A program made the translations under genes and the position numbers. The notes below the pieces were generated by a model. It saw only the letters and a list, made by a program, of their open reading frames with translations, was not told the origin of the DNA and searched no databases. Positions 18,453-27,850 of a stretch of DNA of 64,000 nucleotides are shown piece by piece (within the stretch, counting starts at the first letter, position 1; each line of letters opens with the position of its first letter). The DNA is from a virus, in IMG/VR virus record IMGVR_UViG_3300021440_000018, positions 15,165-79,164 of that record; one strand, 5' to 3'.

Positions 18453-18848
18453 ATGACGTGCAAAGACAGAATCAGGGACCAGTGGGCGGGCCGTAAGGCC
18501 GACCTCCGGGTGTTCATGGGCGACCCTGATGGCAACGAAGACATCGGGTCGTTCTACGACTACGGCCTGGCTTTCGACTACGTGACGCCGGGCACGTTCA
18601 AGGACCAGACCCGCGGCTACTGGCGCTACCAGTTGAGCTGGGGCGGGCCCAGCGACGAGATCCGTTTCTACGGCGAGGTCCAAGGGTTCAGGGCGGCGCT
18701 CGACCGCGCCGACTACCACTTCATGGACTGGTTCGACGGAGCCAAGATCAACGTCACCGACGAGCCCGTGGTTCAGTGGCTGTGGCAACACTTCGCGGAC
18801 TGCGAGAGCTTGCAGTGCGCCCGCGAGCAAGCACTCAAGGAGGAGTGA
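18453..18848 (+). CDS. Conserved phage protein (YQLSWGGPSDEIRF)
   Basis: Preceded by the 20-bp linker; SWGGPS motif. Confidence 0.75.
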   Translation: MTCKDRIRDQWAGRKADLRVFMGDPDGNEDIGSFYDYGLAFDYVTPGTFKDQTRGYWRYQLSWGGPSDEIRFYGEVQGFRAALDRADYHFMDWFDGAKINVTDEPVVQWLWQHFADCESLQCAREQALKEE

Positions 18849-18849
18849 A

Positions 18850-19104
18850 ATGACTCACGATTCAGACCGTATCGAAGCGTGCCTCGCCTTCTGTGAAGGC
18901 ATTCTCACCGAGGAACTGGTGCAGGGGTTGGGCCTCAACCCCCCACTGACTGCGCTCAAGGCCATGCACATGATGGCTGTGACGATCCAGGACCTCGTGC
19001 AGCAACAGTCCAGGTTTATCGCCCTGGCCAACGAACTGGCCACCGTCCAGGCCCAGGCCGAGAGACGGCTGTCCGAGGAACTGGGCATCAACGTCCTGAA
19101 TTGA
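18850..19104 (+). CDS. Hypothetical protein
   Basis: AGGAG RBS. Confidence 0.65.
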   Translation: MTHDSDRIEACLAFCEGILTEELVQGLGLNPPLTALKAMHMMAVTIQDLVQQQSRFIALANELATVQAQAERRLSEELGINVLN

Positions 19105-19129
19105 CGCTTCACTACGAAAGGAATTCGCA

Positions 19130-19372
19130 ATGAATCGGAGACTGAAAACCAATGAGGACCTGGTCCTCGATCTCATGAACTACTCGCCCTACGGTGCGCT
19201 CGGCGAGGTGTTCATCGTCGAGGCTATCCGCAAGTACGCCGACGCCCTCGTGGCCACGCCGCTGGGCCCGAGTTCGCCCGACTCGTTCATCAACAACGAA
19301 CCCTGGAACTCCATCGCTGCGGATGTGAAGAAGCGCTGCGACGAGTTCTATGGCTGGGAGAAGACGCAATGA
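19130..19372 (+). CDS. Hypothetical protein
   Basis: AAGGA RBS. Confidence 0.7.
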   Translation: MNRRLKTNEDLVLDLMNYSPYGALGEVFIVEAIRKYADALVATPLGPSSPDSFINNEPWNSIAADVKKRCDEFYGWEKTQ

Positions 19373-19578
19373 AGATCCCCGTCTATCGTGACCAGGCCGT
19401 GTGGGAGCGCGAGTATCTCGAAGTCGAGATCCCCGACGACACCGCACCCAACGAGGTCGATGACGCTGTGTCCGAGGCACTCGACGCCGGCAACTACATC
19501 AGCGTGTCCGACCCCGAGATCCAGGATGCTGTCGAAGGGATCGACACCCAGACCGAGATCGTGGACCAGCATGGCTGA
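19369..19578 (+). CDS. Small highly acidic protein (69 aa)
   Basis: ATGA coupling; D/E-rich. Confidence 0.7.
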   Translation: MKIPVYRDQAVWEREYLEVEIPDDTAPNEVDDAVSEALDAGNYISVSDPEIQDAVEGIDTQTEIVDQHG

Positions 19579-19728
19579 CGACCTCGAATCCAAGGCCCGC
19601 GCCCTATACGAGGCCGGGCATAGCGTCCGACCGAAGTGGGAGCAACTCGGGGAGACAACCAAGGGAGTCTGGAAGGGCTACGTGCTCTCAGGCTCGTTCT
19701 ACATCGACGATCAACAAGGAGATCAGCA

Positions 19729-19983
19729 ATGCAGTTCTACCGAATCACGCGATACGTTGGAGAGACCGACCCAGGCTGGGCAGCAACCCTGAGTGCGGCC
19801 CACGACATGCTCCGCAAGCACCCCACCTTCCAGGATGCTCGCATCGAACTGTTCGACATCCCCACGGACAAGGAGGGGGTGCTTGCGCTGTTGAGCCGTG
19901 CCGAGGGCCTGACGGCTACGGTGCTGCGCACCTGGGCGCTGACGCCGCGGGGTGGGCTCAAAGAAGTTGAGAACGGGGAGTGA
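19729..19983 (+). CDS. Hypothetical protein
   Basis: AAGGAG RBS before MQFYRITR. Confidence 0.65.
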   Translation: MQFYRITRYVGETDPGWAATLSAAHDMLRKHPTFQDARIELFDIPTDKEGVLALLSRAEGLTATVLRTWALTPRGGLKEVENGE

Positions 19984-19987
19984 TGCC

Positions 19988-20098
19988 ATGCCCTGGGACC
20001 GTGAATCCGACGACGAGTACGACGACGGCTACACCCGAGAGAGCTTCGAGCGGGCCGACGAAGATCAACCTGAAGACCTGGACGACGAGGAGAACTGA
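19988..20098 (+). CDS. 36-aa acidic micropeptide (not in ORF track)
   Basis: GGGGAG RBS; MPWDRESDDEYDDGYTRESFERADEDQPEDLDDEEN; fills the gap between two genes. Confidence 0.6.
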   Translation: MPWDRESDDEYDDGYTRESFERADEDQPEDLDDEEN

Positions 20099-20099
20099 A

Positions 20100-20510
20100 A
20101 TGACAACACCGAAGGAACTGAAGGGAGTCATGGACCAGTACATCGGCGGCAGTGACGGCCGCACCCGGCACCCGTTCAACCGGCGCTTCATCTTCACCGA
20201 CGGGGTGAAGGCGGTTGCCGACCAGGCCGGCGCCTACTGGCTGCTCGACATCGTCGCCACCGAGGTGGCACCGATCTGCCTCCATCTGTGGGAGGGGGAG
20301 CAGGAGCACATGACCTTCTTGCACGTGCATGTTGCACACGACGGAGCGGTTTTGTGGCTCGACCAGGATACCGGAGGACCCCGGCTTTGGGAGCGTCGGA
20401 TAGAGTACACGGATTTTCCTGAGGGTAACTGGGTCTTCTACCTGTGCATGGATGGGCTCATCGACCCCACCCAGGACGTACTCGTGGCCCTGCTTCCCCA
20501 GGAGTATTGA
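20100..20510 (+). CDS. DUF6876-like protein
   Basis: FTDGV...AGAYWLLDIV...IEYTDFP...LLPQEY; family recalled from memory. Confidence 0.7.
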   Translation: MTTPKELKGVMDQYIGGSDGRTRHPFNRRFIFTDGVKAVADQAGAYWLLDIVATEVAPICLHLWEGEQEHMTFLHVHVAHDGAVLWLDQDTGGPRLWERRIEYTDFPEGNWVFYLCMDGLIDPTQDVLVALLPQEY

Positions 20511-20511
20511 C

Positions 20512-20919
20512 ATGAAGGAAGAGCAACGCAACCACTTGGTTCGGGTGCTGAACACCCTGGTGCGGATCGAGGAGACCCCGGAGAGCGAGGCCGTGGACAA
20601 GGCCCATGCTGTCCTGGATTCGGCCATCGACAACTTCCGCGTCGCCCTGCTGACTCTGGCGGCGAAGCTTAGGCAGAGCACGCTGGAACCCCTGCGGGCC
20701 CAGATCCATGCGCTGCAGGGCCAAGTCGACGCCATCCCGGTCCACGAGAATGACGGCGGCCTGACACTCAAGATCATGCACCTGGAGGAGGCAGCGGCGT
20801 GCCTGGACGCGGCGATCTCCACGCTGACCACGCCAGAGCACGATCCCTACGACGACACCGAGCACGCCTTTCACCTGCTCGACGAGGCGAAGGATCTGAT
20901 CATTCGTGCCATGGGCTGA
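20512..20919 (+). CDS. Helical hypothetical protein
   Basis: AGGAG RBS. Confidence 0.65.
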   Translation: MKEEQRNHLVRVLNTLVRIEETPESEAVDKAHAVLDSAIDNFRVALLTLAAKLRQSTLEPLRAQIHALQGQVDAIPVHENDGGLTLKIMHLEEAAACLDAAISTLTTPEHDPYDDTEHAFHLLDEAKDLIIRAMG

Positions 20920-20954
20920 GCCCGGAATGTGACACAACCATAAGGAAAGACAGC

Positions 20955-21257
20955 ATGAGCAACTTGAAGATGCAAGTCAGCGCCGAGGACTCGGTCCTCA
21001 TCGACCGCATCGTCAGCTACGCGAAGGACATGGCCAAAGACTACGGTCTGAACTTCAAACCCCTGGACTGCATGATGGACCTGACCATCTGCCACGCCAA
21101 CGGCTGCCCTCTCGATCTCGAACGCATGGCCAAGGCCAGCGACCCCGACCTGGTCCATGACGTGTGGGGGATTGCGAAGTGGTTGGACCGCAAGACCGGC
21201 CGGTTGACCGGCGTCTTCTGGCCTCGTTTCGCCAGGAGCCAGCATGCACTTCAGTGA
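20955..21257 (+). CDS. DUF6874-like protein
   Basis: MDL..CHANGCPLDL...HDV.GI...DR.TG.L...F.PRF; family recalled from memory. Confidence 0.7.
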   Translation: MSNLKMQVSAEDSVLIDRIVSYAKDMAKDYGLNFKPLDCMMDLTICHANGCPLDLERMAKASDPDLVHDVWGIAKWLDRKTGRLTGVFWPRFARSQHALQ

Positions 21258-21477
21258 GTACGCGATCGCCCTGACCATCGCCATTGCCAGCACCTCTTGT
21301 GTGCTGGGCTACTGGTTGGGCTACAGGTCAGCACGCAGGGTTCCTGACCCGGACCCGATTGCCGAGGACTTCAAGGCCAACATTCAGCGCCTGCGTGTCG
21401 ACGCCATGGCCCTGGGGATGCTTCTCGTCGAGTGGGAGCACCGCTTCGGCTCGAAGGATCAACCTCTCACCAAGTAA
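21244..21477 (+). CDS. Single-TM membrane protein
   Basis: N-terminal hydrophobic helix; AGGAG RBS. Confidence 0.6.
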   Translation: MHFSEYAIALTIAIASTSCVLGYWLGYRSARRVPDPDPIAEDFKANIQRLRVDAMALGMLLVEWEHRFGSKDQPLTK

Positions 21478-21479
21478 CT

Positions 21480-21509
21480 TTGACACTTCCACAATCCGGG
21501 GCGTATTAT
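21480..21509 (+). promoter_or_regulatory. Sigma70-like promoter TTGACA-N18-TATTAT
   Basis: Near-consensus boxes upstream of the RHH genes. Confidence 0.7.
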
Positions 21510-21540
21510 CCGCGCCCCGGGCCCAGGACAAGGAGCTTAT

Positions 21541-21735
21541 ATGCCAAAGATTCACGTCTCTTTACCGGACCATCTGCTCACGCAGGCCAACAAGGTCTGT
21601 GCTGACTGGGGGATGACCCGCAGCAAGCTCATCCAGGCTGGCCTTGCTCACACCATCAGCGAACTCGAACGGGCCAAGCGCGCGATCGAACTCGCCGCCA
21701 AGCACGACCTGATGGGGGAGCCTCGCAATGCCTAG
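21541..21735 (+). CDS. CopG/RHH transcriptional regulator
   Basis: KIHVSLPDHLL...GMTRSKLIQ. Confidence 0.75.
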   Translation: MPKIHVSLPDHLLTQANKVCADWGMTRSKLIQAGLAHTISELERAKRAIELAAKHDLMGEPRNA

Positions 21736-22231
21736 GGTGAAGATGACACTGTCCCAGGAGTGTCTGGACAGGCTGGACCAGTGCCGGGAGAAGTTCGGCT
21801 CGACCCGCTCCGGGTTCACCGAGCGCGCCGTGCTGCTTCTGTGCGACTCGACCGACCTGGCCATCGTCGGGGATGAGCCCGCCCGGACGTTGCCCGGGCC
21901 ACGCCCAACCCCCTCCGCCGTGGCCCATGACCATGCCTTGGCGGTACCGCCCGAGGCCGGGAACATGCGCTCGATGCCTCGTGGGGACACGCTGTATTGG
22001 ACCGTGGATGGCGTGTGCGCCACCTTCGGCATCGCCCCGGAGCAGGTTCGACAGGGTGTCGACGAAGACGATTTCCTCGACGACTACGCGGGGGCTGACT
22101 GGGTACCTCAGTCGGCGCTGCGCTCGGCCGCCGTGCACTGCGAAGACAAGGTCCTGGCCAAGGTCATCCTGGCCTACGCCCAAGAGAAACTTTCCCGGAC
22201 CCCGGGACTGCAGAAAGGAGGTGGCATTTGA
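21728..22231 (+). CDS. RHH-domain protein (167 aa)
   Basis: RVKMTLSQECLDRLD...STRSGF N-terminus. Confidence 0.6.
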   Translation: MPRVKMTLSQECLDRLDQCREKFGSTRSGFTERAVLLLCDSTDLAIVGDEPARTLPGPRPTPSAVAHDHALAVPPEAGNMRSMPRGDTLYWTVDGVCATFGIAPEQVRQGVDEDDFLDDYAGADWVPQSALRSAAVHCEDKVLAKVILAYAQEKLSRTPGLQKGGGI

Positions 22232-22450
22232 TCGACTGATCCACGCTCAGGGAGAACTCTGAGCCCCGACTACACAACAGGAGAATCACATGAAGGCTCA
22301 TAACAGCGAGCGCTCGAAGTCAGTGCTCAAGCCCAGGTACCCGCGACTGTGCTTGCTGCGCCTCAAGCGCAAGACGGCCAACGACCTCGACCAATGGTTC
22401 GCGGTCGATGACAACCACCACTACGCCCACACCCACACGAGGAACCCACG

Positions 22451-22741
22451 ATGATGTTTCGTACCCCGACAGTTACCGACAGAATCCGGCGCGCCCTGGC
22501 CCAGGCCGAGCAGGACTTGATGGACAACCGGGACCGTGCCCAGTACCACCAGGCCATGGCCGAACTGAACGAGCATCAGGCGCTGGCCGTGAAGTACAGG
22601 GTCATGGCCGAGATGAACGAGGGCATGATTGATCGCTACCGCAGCGAACTCGACATGATCGAGTCGCGTCGGGTGGCGTCACTCAAGAAGGTGCACCCTG
22701 CGGTCCAGTTCCTGACGCGGCCCCTGTTCCAGCGCGCGTAG
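22451..22741 (+). CDS. Coiled-coil hypothetical protein
   Basis: GAGGA RBS; internal A..Y..MAE.NE repeat. Confidence 0.6.
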   Translation: MMFRTPTVTDRIRRALAQAEQDLMDNRDRAQYHQAMAELNEHQALAVKYRVMAEMNEGMIDRYRSELDMIESRRVASLKKVHPAVQFLTRPLFQRA

Positions 22742-22952
22742 GGGAACCACACCCATGCGAGCCAGGACCAGGTCAGCTTCGTGGGGTCCGCGCCGAGCCA
22801 GCGCGGCCTCCAGGACCTTGATCGTCTTGCGCCGAATCTGCACCACGTTCACGAGCGGGCTGACGATCCGGGGTTTCACGTCCAAATCGTAACACCGGAT
22901 TGTCACATTCAAAACCCGGGGCTACACTCTGGCCCCCTACAGAAGGACTCAC

Positions 22953-23330
22953 ATGAGTTTCCATGACATCAGGCTGAGCGGGGACATCCTGCAAACTGCC
23001 TGCCACGATGCCGCCCTCAAGGGCGGTTGGTGGACCGACCTGAACACAGGCGAACCCAAGGACCGCAACGTCGGCGAGATGCTGTGCTTGATCCACAGCG
23101 AGATCAGCGAGGCGATGGAAGGCCATCGCAAGGGGCTGATGGACGACAAGCTGCCCCACCGCAAGATGATCGAAGTGGAGTTGGCCGACGCCGTCATCCG
23201 CATCGCCGACTTGTGCGGGGGCCTGGGCCTCCACCTCGGAAGTGCCATTGCCGAGAAGCTCGCCTACAACGCCCAGCGCGAAGACCACAAGATTGAAGCT
23301 CGCCGGGCTGCGGGCGGAAAGGCGTACTGA
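22953..23330 (+). CDS. MazG-like NTP pyrophosphohydrolase
   Basis: LIHSEISEAMEG...EVELADAVIRIADL. Confidence 0.85.
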   Translation: MSFHDIRLSGDILQTACHDAALKGGWWTDLNTGEPKDRNVGEMLCLIHSEISEAMEGHRKGLMDDKLPHRKMIEVELADAVIRIADLCGGLGLHLGSAIAEKLAYNAQREDHKIEARRAAGGKAY

Positions 23331-23388
23331 GATGAACACGACCCACACGACCCACACGACCCACACCCCGCACACACAAGGAACCAAC

Positions 23389-24258
23389 ATGAACTTCAAG
23401 AGCAACACCGTTCGCACCGCTGAGATGCTGGTGACCCCGGAGATGGCTGACAAGATGCTGGCGACCAGTGCAGGCAATCGGGTTATCCGCGAGTGGCACG
23501 TACGCTACCTGGCTGCCGCCCAGGTGCGTGGGGATTGGAAGCTGACCCACCAGGGGGCTGCGTTCGACTGGGACGGTCACCTACGTGACGGTCACCACAG
23601 ACTGCTGGCCTGCGTGGAGTCCGGGGTCACCATTCCGATCCTGGTGACCGTGGGCATGGACCCGGCCGTGTTCGACGCCGTCGACCAAGGCGTGAACCGC
23701 AACCTCGCTGACCTTCTTGGTATGGACAGGCGGATTGCGGAGCCGCTGCGGCTGGGCGCCCCCATCGCTCATGCAAATCAGCGCCCGTCGATCAGTCAGG
23801 TGCGCGCGATCGTGGACGCCGGCCTGGGTGCTGCGGTTCGTGAGGTCATCGACTACTGTGGCACAGCGCGCAAGTTCTTCTCCAGCGCCCCGGTGCGCCT
23901 TGCCGCAGCCGTGTCCATGATGGCCGGGATGGACCGCACTCACGTGCTGAATCAGTACCGGGCCATGCTTCTGGCCGACTACGACAATATGACTCAGTCT
24001 GCCAAGGCCCTGACTCGTCAAGTCGAAACCCAGGGGCTGAAGGCAGGACAGACCTACGAGACCATTGCCCGCAGTCTGAAGGTGTTCGACCCGTCCAGAG
24101 CGAGCTTGACCAAGATCCAGGTTGGCGAGAGCGATGCTATCTCGGCAGTTGCCTGGGTCCGCGGCGTCCTTCTGACCTCGGTGGGTCAAGTGCCGAAGAC
24201 CCCTGCGGCCGTGCGGCGTTTGGGCAAGATGCAGGCAGCGATGGTCGCACGGGTATGA
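23389..24258 (+). CDS. ParB/Srx-like N-terminal domain protein
   Basis: NR...DGHHRL motif; AAGGA RBS. Confidence 0.7.
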   Translation: MNFKSNTVRTAEMLVTPEMADKMLATSAGNRVIREWHVRYLAAAQVRGDWKLTHQGAAFDWDGHLRDGHHRLLACVESGVTIPILVTVGMDPAVFDAVDQGVNRNLADLLGMDRRIAEPLRLGAPIAHANQRPSISQVRAIVDAGLGAAVREVIDYCGTARKFFSSAPVRLAAAVSMMAGMDRTHVLNQYRAMLLADYDNMTQSAKALTRQVETQGLKAGQTYETIARSLKVFDPSRASLTKIQVGESDAISAVAWVRGVLLTSVGQVPKTPAAVRRLGKMQAAMVARV

Positions 24259-24470
24259 CACCCTTCGACCTCGAAGCCTTCAAGGCCGGTGCGCCGGCCT
24301 ACTTCCTGGGGCGCCCCGTCACCTTCGTGGCGCTGGTGCCCCAGGCATTTGAGGACCACCGCCTCGTGGTGCTGGACAACGGGCGCATCGCCACGTTCTG
24401 CGCCGACGGGAGCTACCTCGCGGGCGGGCCTAGTTCGGCGGATCTGACGATGACGAAGGACGAACAATGA
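24255..24470 (+). CDS. Hypothetical protein
   Basis: ATGA coupling; PFDLE start typical of a small phage protein family. Confidence 0.65.
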   Translation: MTPFDLEAFKAGAPAYFLGRPVTFVALVPQAFEDHRLVVLDNGRIATFCADGSYLAGGPSSADLTMTKDEQ

Positions 24471-24619
24471 CGAAGTTTACCGTGCAGGTTCTTCTCCTTG
24501 CCATGGCCATTCTGGCTGTGGTGCTTCACAAGGACGCATCAATCTGGGCCGCGGCCTCGATCGTGGTCTATGCGATGGGTCTGCCCAGAGGGTGACACTT
24601 AACGATGAAAGGAACTGAA

Positions 24620-24853
24620 ATGCTCCAGACTCAAGTCGAAAGCTCCAACATCTCCGCTGTCGGATGGAGCGACGACATCCTGCTGGTGAAGTTCAACCGC
24701 GGCGACATCTACCGCTACGACGGTGTGCCTCTGTCGACGTACCAGGGACTCATCGGCGCCGACAGCGTTGGCAAGTTCTTCCACGCCAACATCCGGGCCT
24801 ACCCCTACGTCAAGGTGGAGGCCAGCGTGGCGCAGGAGATGGGGTTTCACTGA
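24620..24853 (+). CDS. KTSC-domain protein
   Basis: VESSNISAVG...YRYDGVP...ADSVGKFFHANI. Confidence 0.9.
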   Translation: MLQTQVESSNISAVGWSDDILLVKFNRGDIYRYDGVPLSTYQGLIGADSVGKFFHANIRAYPYVKVEASVAQEMGFH

Positions 24854-24870
24854 TGTAAGCGAAGCTCGGG

Positions 24871-24899
24871 CTGACAGAAACCTGTCAGGTTTCTGTCAG
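24871..24899. promoter_or_regulatory. Perfect 29-bp palindrome, operator candidate
   Basis: CTGACAGAAACCTG-T-CAGGTTTCTGTCAG in the intergenic gap before the replication module. Confidence 0.7.
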
Positions 24900-24931
24900 A
24901 ATGTAAGGTTCACATAAGAAAGGCAACAACA

Positions 24932-25393
24932 GTGGTTCACGAATACTCCCCCCTGCCCAGGCATATGTACGAGTTGCAGGGGGCGGAAGACTGCGATGTC
25001 CGGGCCATAGGGCGGCTCGAAAGGTCCACAGCGATCTGGAACCTGTATTGGATGTCGGTACCTGCTCTGGACCTGATCCCCGGTTCGGGGGCGGACTGGT
25101 GGAAGGTCTACAGCCCGGCCGCCGATGTCGCTGCCACCCTGGCCTCTGATGTCATGGACGACGAGGTGTTCTTCCGCAAGCTCACGATGCACCCGCAGTC
25201 GTTCGGTGCCTGGTTCGAGCGCGAGGACCTGACCATCTTCGACGCCTACCCCCTCATGGGCTGCGAGAACTGGCGCACCATCGTCATGGCCCGCGCACAG
25301 GAGGCGATGGAGCGCATGCGCCTGGGCGGCGGCAGCGTCCTGGGAAAGTCTCGCAACGTGGTCTATGCTAACTTCGGGCGTCGTTTTGCATGA
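24932..25393 (+). CDS. Hypothetical protein
   Basis: ATGA-coupled to the helicase gene. Confidence 0.6.
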   Translation: MVHEYSPLPRHMYELQGAEDCDVRAIGRLERSTAIWNLYWMSVPALDLIPGSGADWWKVYSPAADVAATLASDVMDDEVFFRKLTMHPQSFGAWFEREDLTIFDAYPLMGCENWRTIVMARAQEAMERMRLGGGSVLGKSRNVVYANFGRRFA

Positions 25394-27795
25394 CGCCGTT
25401 CGAGGTCGTACAGCAGCACTACCAGTTCCCCGACTACATCAAACCCCACCCGCTGCAGGTGGGTGTGATCAACGATCTGGCCCCCCTTCCTAACCAAGGG
25501 GAGTGGCTGGAGATGGGCTGTGTAGACTCCGAGACGGAGTACCTGAGTCCCACGGGGTGGGTGAAGATGCCCGAATACGCTGGCGGTCCGGTGGCTCAGT
25601 TCTCCCCCGAGCCTGGCCTCGGCCGCCAGCTTGGGCGCCTTCAGTTCGTAGAGCCGCTGCGCTACATCAAGGAACCCTGCGGCGACATGGTGGTGTTCCG
25701 CACTGCCCGCGGCATGGACCAGAAGCTGAGCCCGGAGCACCGGGTACTGCACGTATCCGCGACGGGGGTGCTGGAGGTCAACACCGCGCAGGAAATCATG
25801 GAGAGAGATGCCCGGTGCAAGTTGGGGCTCAAGCGGTTCTTCCTGACCACGGCCCACTACGACGGGGGGCCCGGGCTTGATCTGTCGGAGTGGGATCTTC
25901 GGTTGCAGGTAGCGGTCATTGCCGACGGGCACTTTCCGAACGGTGGGAGCAAGTGCTTTGTACGCGTGAAGAAGCCGCGGAAGATCGAGCGGATGCGCTG
26001 GCTGCTGAAGAACTCTGGCCGGGAGTTCACCGAGATGAACGAACCCTGGAAAGGGTGCGAAGGTTTTGTCAGATTCGCATTTCAGGCACCTATCAAGGTA
26101 AAGGTCTTCGACGCCCGTTTCTATTCGGCAAGCCGGGCTCAACTGGAGATCATCGAGAGCGAGGTGTTTCTTTGGGATGGGAGTCAGCCTCGCAACCCCA
26201 ACAAGGGGAGATCGTTTCACTCCTCACAGAAGGAGTCTGCGGACTTCGTCCAGTTCGTGCTGTGTGCGTTGGGCTCCCGAGCCTATCGAAGCTACCACCT
26301 GCGTGTGCGCAGCGGCCGACCGGACAGCCACGAGTACACGGTGGTGGAGAGCAAGGGCCCTAACCTGGTGGGAATTTCAGGCACGTCCCCCGGCCCGGAC
26401 GGGGCTGTGGTCAAACGCCGCAACATCTGGGTGGAGCCCAGTACCGACGGATTCAAATACTGCTTCGAGGTGCCGTCGTCATTCCTGGTACTCCGGCGCA
26501 ACGGAAACATCTTCGTCACTGGGAACTGCGGCAAGACCTACTGCAGCACGATCGGCGCCCTCTACAACAAGATCACGCTCGGCCACGCCGTCGTCGTCAT
26601 CATGCCCCCCATCCTGGTTCGACAGTGGGGGCGCTGGCTGCGCAGCATCAAGCCGGCCCTGAGCGTGACCGAGTACCGGGGAACGCCGGCCGAGCGCAAG
26701 AAGCTGGATCTGTCTGCTGACTTCGTGCTCGTCGGTGTGCAGATTTTCAAGAAGGACTTCGATCGGTTCTGCGCCGAGTACCGGGACCGCGGCGTCACCG
26801 TCATCGTGGACGAAGCCACGATGCTGAGCAACATCAACAGCGACAACCACAGCAAGGTCTTCGACTTCTGCATCGGGCGCCCTCGCATCCTGCTATCCGG
26901 GACCCCGATGAACAAGCCGCTGGACGTGTACGGACTGCTCAAGTTCACCACGCCGGGGACCTACCGCAACAAGCGACAGTTCGAGAACTTGCACGTGGCC
27001 GATCGGGACTTCTTCGGCAACCCGAGTGCGTACAAGGACCTCGACCTCCTGGGCCAGAACCTGATGCTGAACTCGCGGCGCATCCTCTACGAGGATATGT
27101 ACAGCGAGACCGAGCAGCCGCTGTACGTGCCGCTGGACTACGACCTGGACCCTGCCCACTACAAGCTGTACAAGAGGCTGGCCGACGAGGAGATCCTGAA
27201 GCTGCCTGACGGCGGCAAGGTCGAGGCCACCACGGTCAACAAGCTGCTGCACGCCCTCGGCCAGATCGTCGTCAACTGGGGGCACTTCGCCGGGGATCCC
27301 AAGCTCGTGTCCAACAGCATCAACCTGATCGAGGAGAAGCTGGAGGAACTGGGAGACGGCAAGCTGCTGGTCTTCGCCAACTACCGCATGTCGATCGCCG
27401 CGCTACGCCAGCACCTGGGGCACCGCGGCATCGTCACGGTCAACTCCGAGATCACCGAGAAGCAGAAAGAGGAGAACCTCCTGCGCTTCATGGAGGATCC
27501 CGCGTGCCGGGTGATGGCGGCCCAGTTCGTTTCCGCGGGCAAAGGGCTGGACGGCATGCAGCACGTCTGCCATCATGCGCTCTTCGTCGAGCCCTGCCAG
27601 CAGCCGCGTGATTTTCACCAAGCGGTTGCCCGGTTGAACCGCCTCGGCCAACGCAAGAGGGTGATGGTCATGATGGCCACGGCATCTGGTACAACCCAGG
27701 TCCGTGGCTTTCGCAACCTCATCAAGAATGACACTTTGGTAAACCAGGTAATCCGCAACGCAGTGGACTTGAAGGAGGCCATCTTCGGCCAATGA
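25390..27795 (+). CDS. SNF2/SF2 helicase containing an intein
   Basis: EMG[intein]CGKT Walker A, IVDEA, LSGTP, QAVARLNRLGQ motif VI. Confidence 0.9.
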   Translation: MTPFEVVQQHYQFPDYIKPHPLQVGVINDLAPLPNQGEWLEMGCVDSETEYLSPTGWVKMPEYAGGPVAQFSPEPGLGRQLGRLQFVEPLRYIKEPCGDMVVFRTARGMDQKLSPEHRVLHVSATGVLEVNTAQEIMERDARCKLGLKRFFLTTAHYDGGPGLDLSEWDLRLQVAVIADGHFPNGGSKCFVRVKKPRKIERMRWLLKNSGREFTEMNEPWKGCEGFVRFAFQAPIKVKVFDARFYSASRAQLEIIESEVFLWDGSQPRNPNKGRSFHSSQKESADFVQFVLCALGSRAYRSYHLRVRSGRPDSHEYTVVESKGPNLVGISGTSPGPDGAVVKRRNIWVEPSTDGFKYCFEVPSSFLVLRRNGNIFVTGNCGKTYCSTIGALYNKITLGHAVVVIMPPILVRQWGRWLRSIKPALSVTEYRGTPAERKKLDLSADFVLVGVQIFKKDFDRFCAEYRDRGVTVIVDEATMLSNINSDNHSKVFDFCIGRPRILLSGTPMNKPLDVYGLLKFTTPGTYRNKRQFENLHVADRDFFGNPSAYKDLDLLGQNLMLNSRRILYEDMYSETEQPLYVPLDYDLDPAHYKLYKRLADEEILKLPDGGKVEATTVNKLLHALGQIVVNWGHFAGDPKLVSNSINLIEEKLEELGDGKLLVFANYRMSIAALRQHLGHRGIVTVNSEITEKQKEENLLRFMEDPACRVMAAQFVSAGKGLDGMQHVCHHALFVEPCQQPRDFHQAVARLNRLGQRKRVMVMMATASGTTQVRGFRNLIKNDTLVNQVIRNAVDLKEAIFGQ
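25519..26526 (+). mobile_element. Intein (336 aa) with LAGLIDADG-like endonuclease
   Basis: Starts CVDSETEYL; SPEHR block B; VIADG and LWDG motifs; ends RRNGNIFVTGN followed by C+1. Confidence 0.92.
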
Positions 27796-27850
27796 CGGGC
27801 CGGTCGCGCATTGACAGTTTTGCTGGTTGGGAAGCTACTTACGGCCCTTT

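Noticed and set aside
21541-22231. Toxin-antitoxin pair
   Set aside because: Both ORFs begin with RHH-like domains and no toxin motif is recognisable
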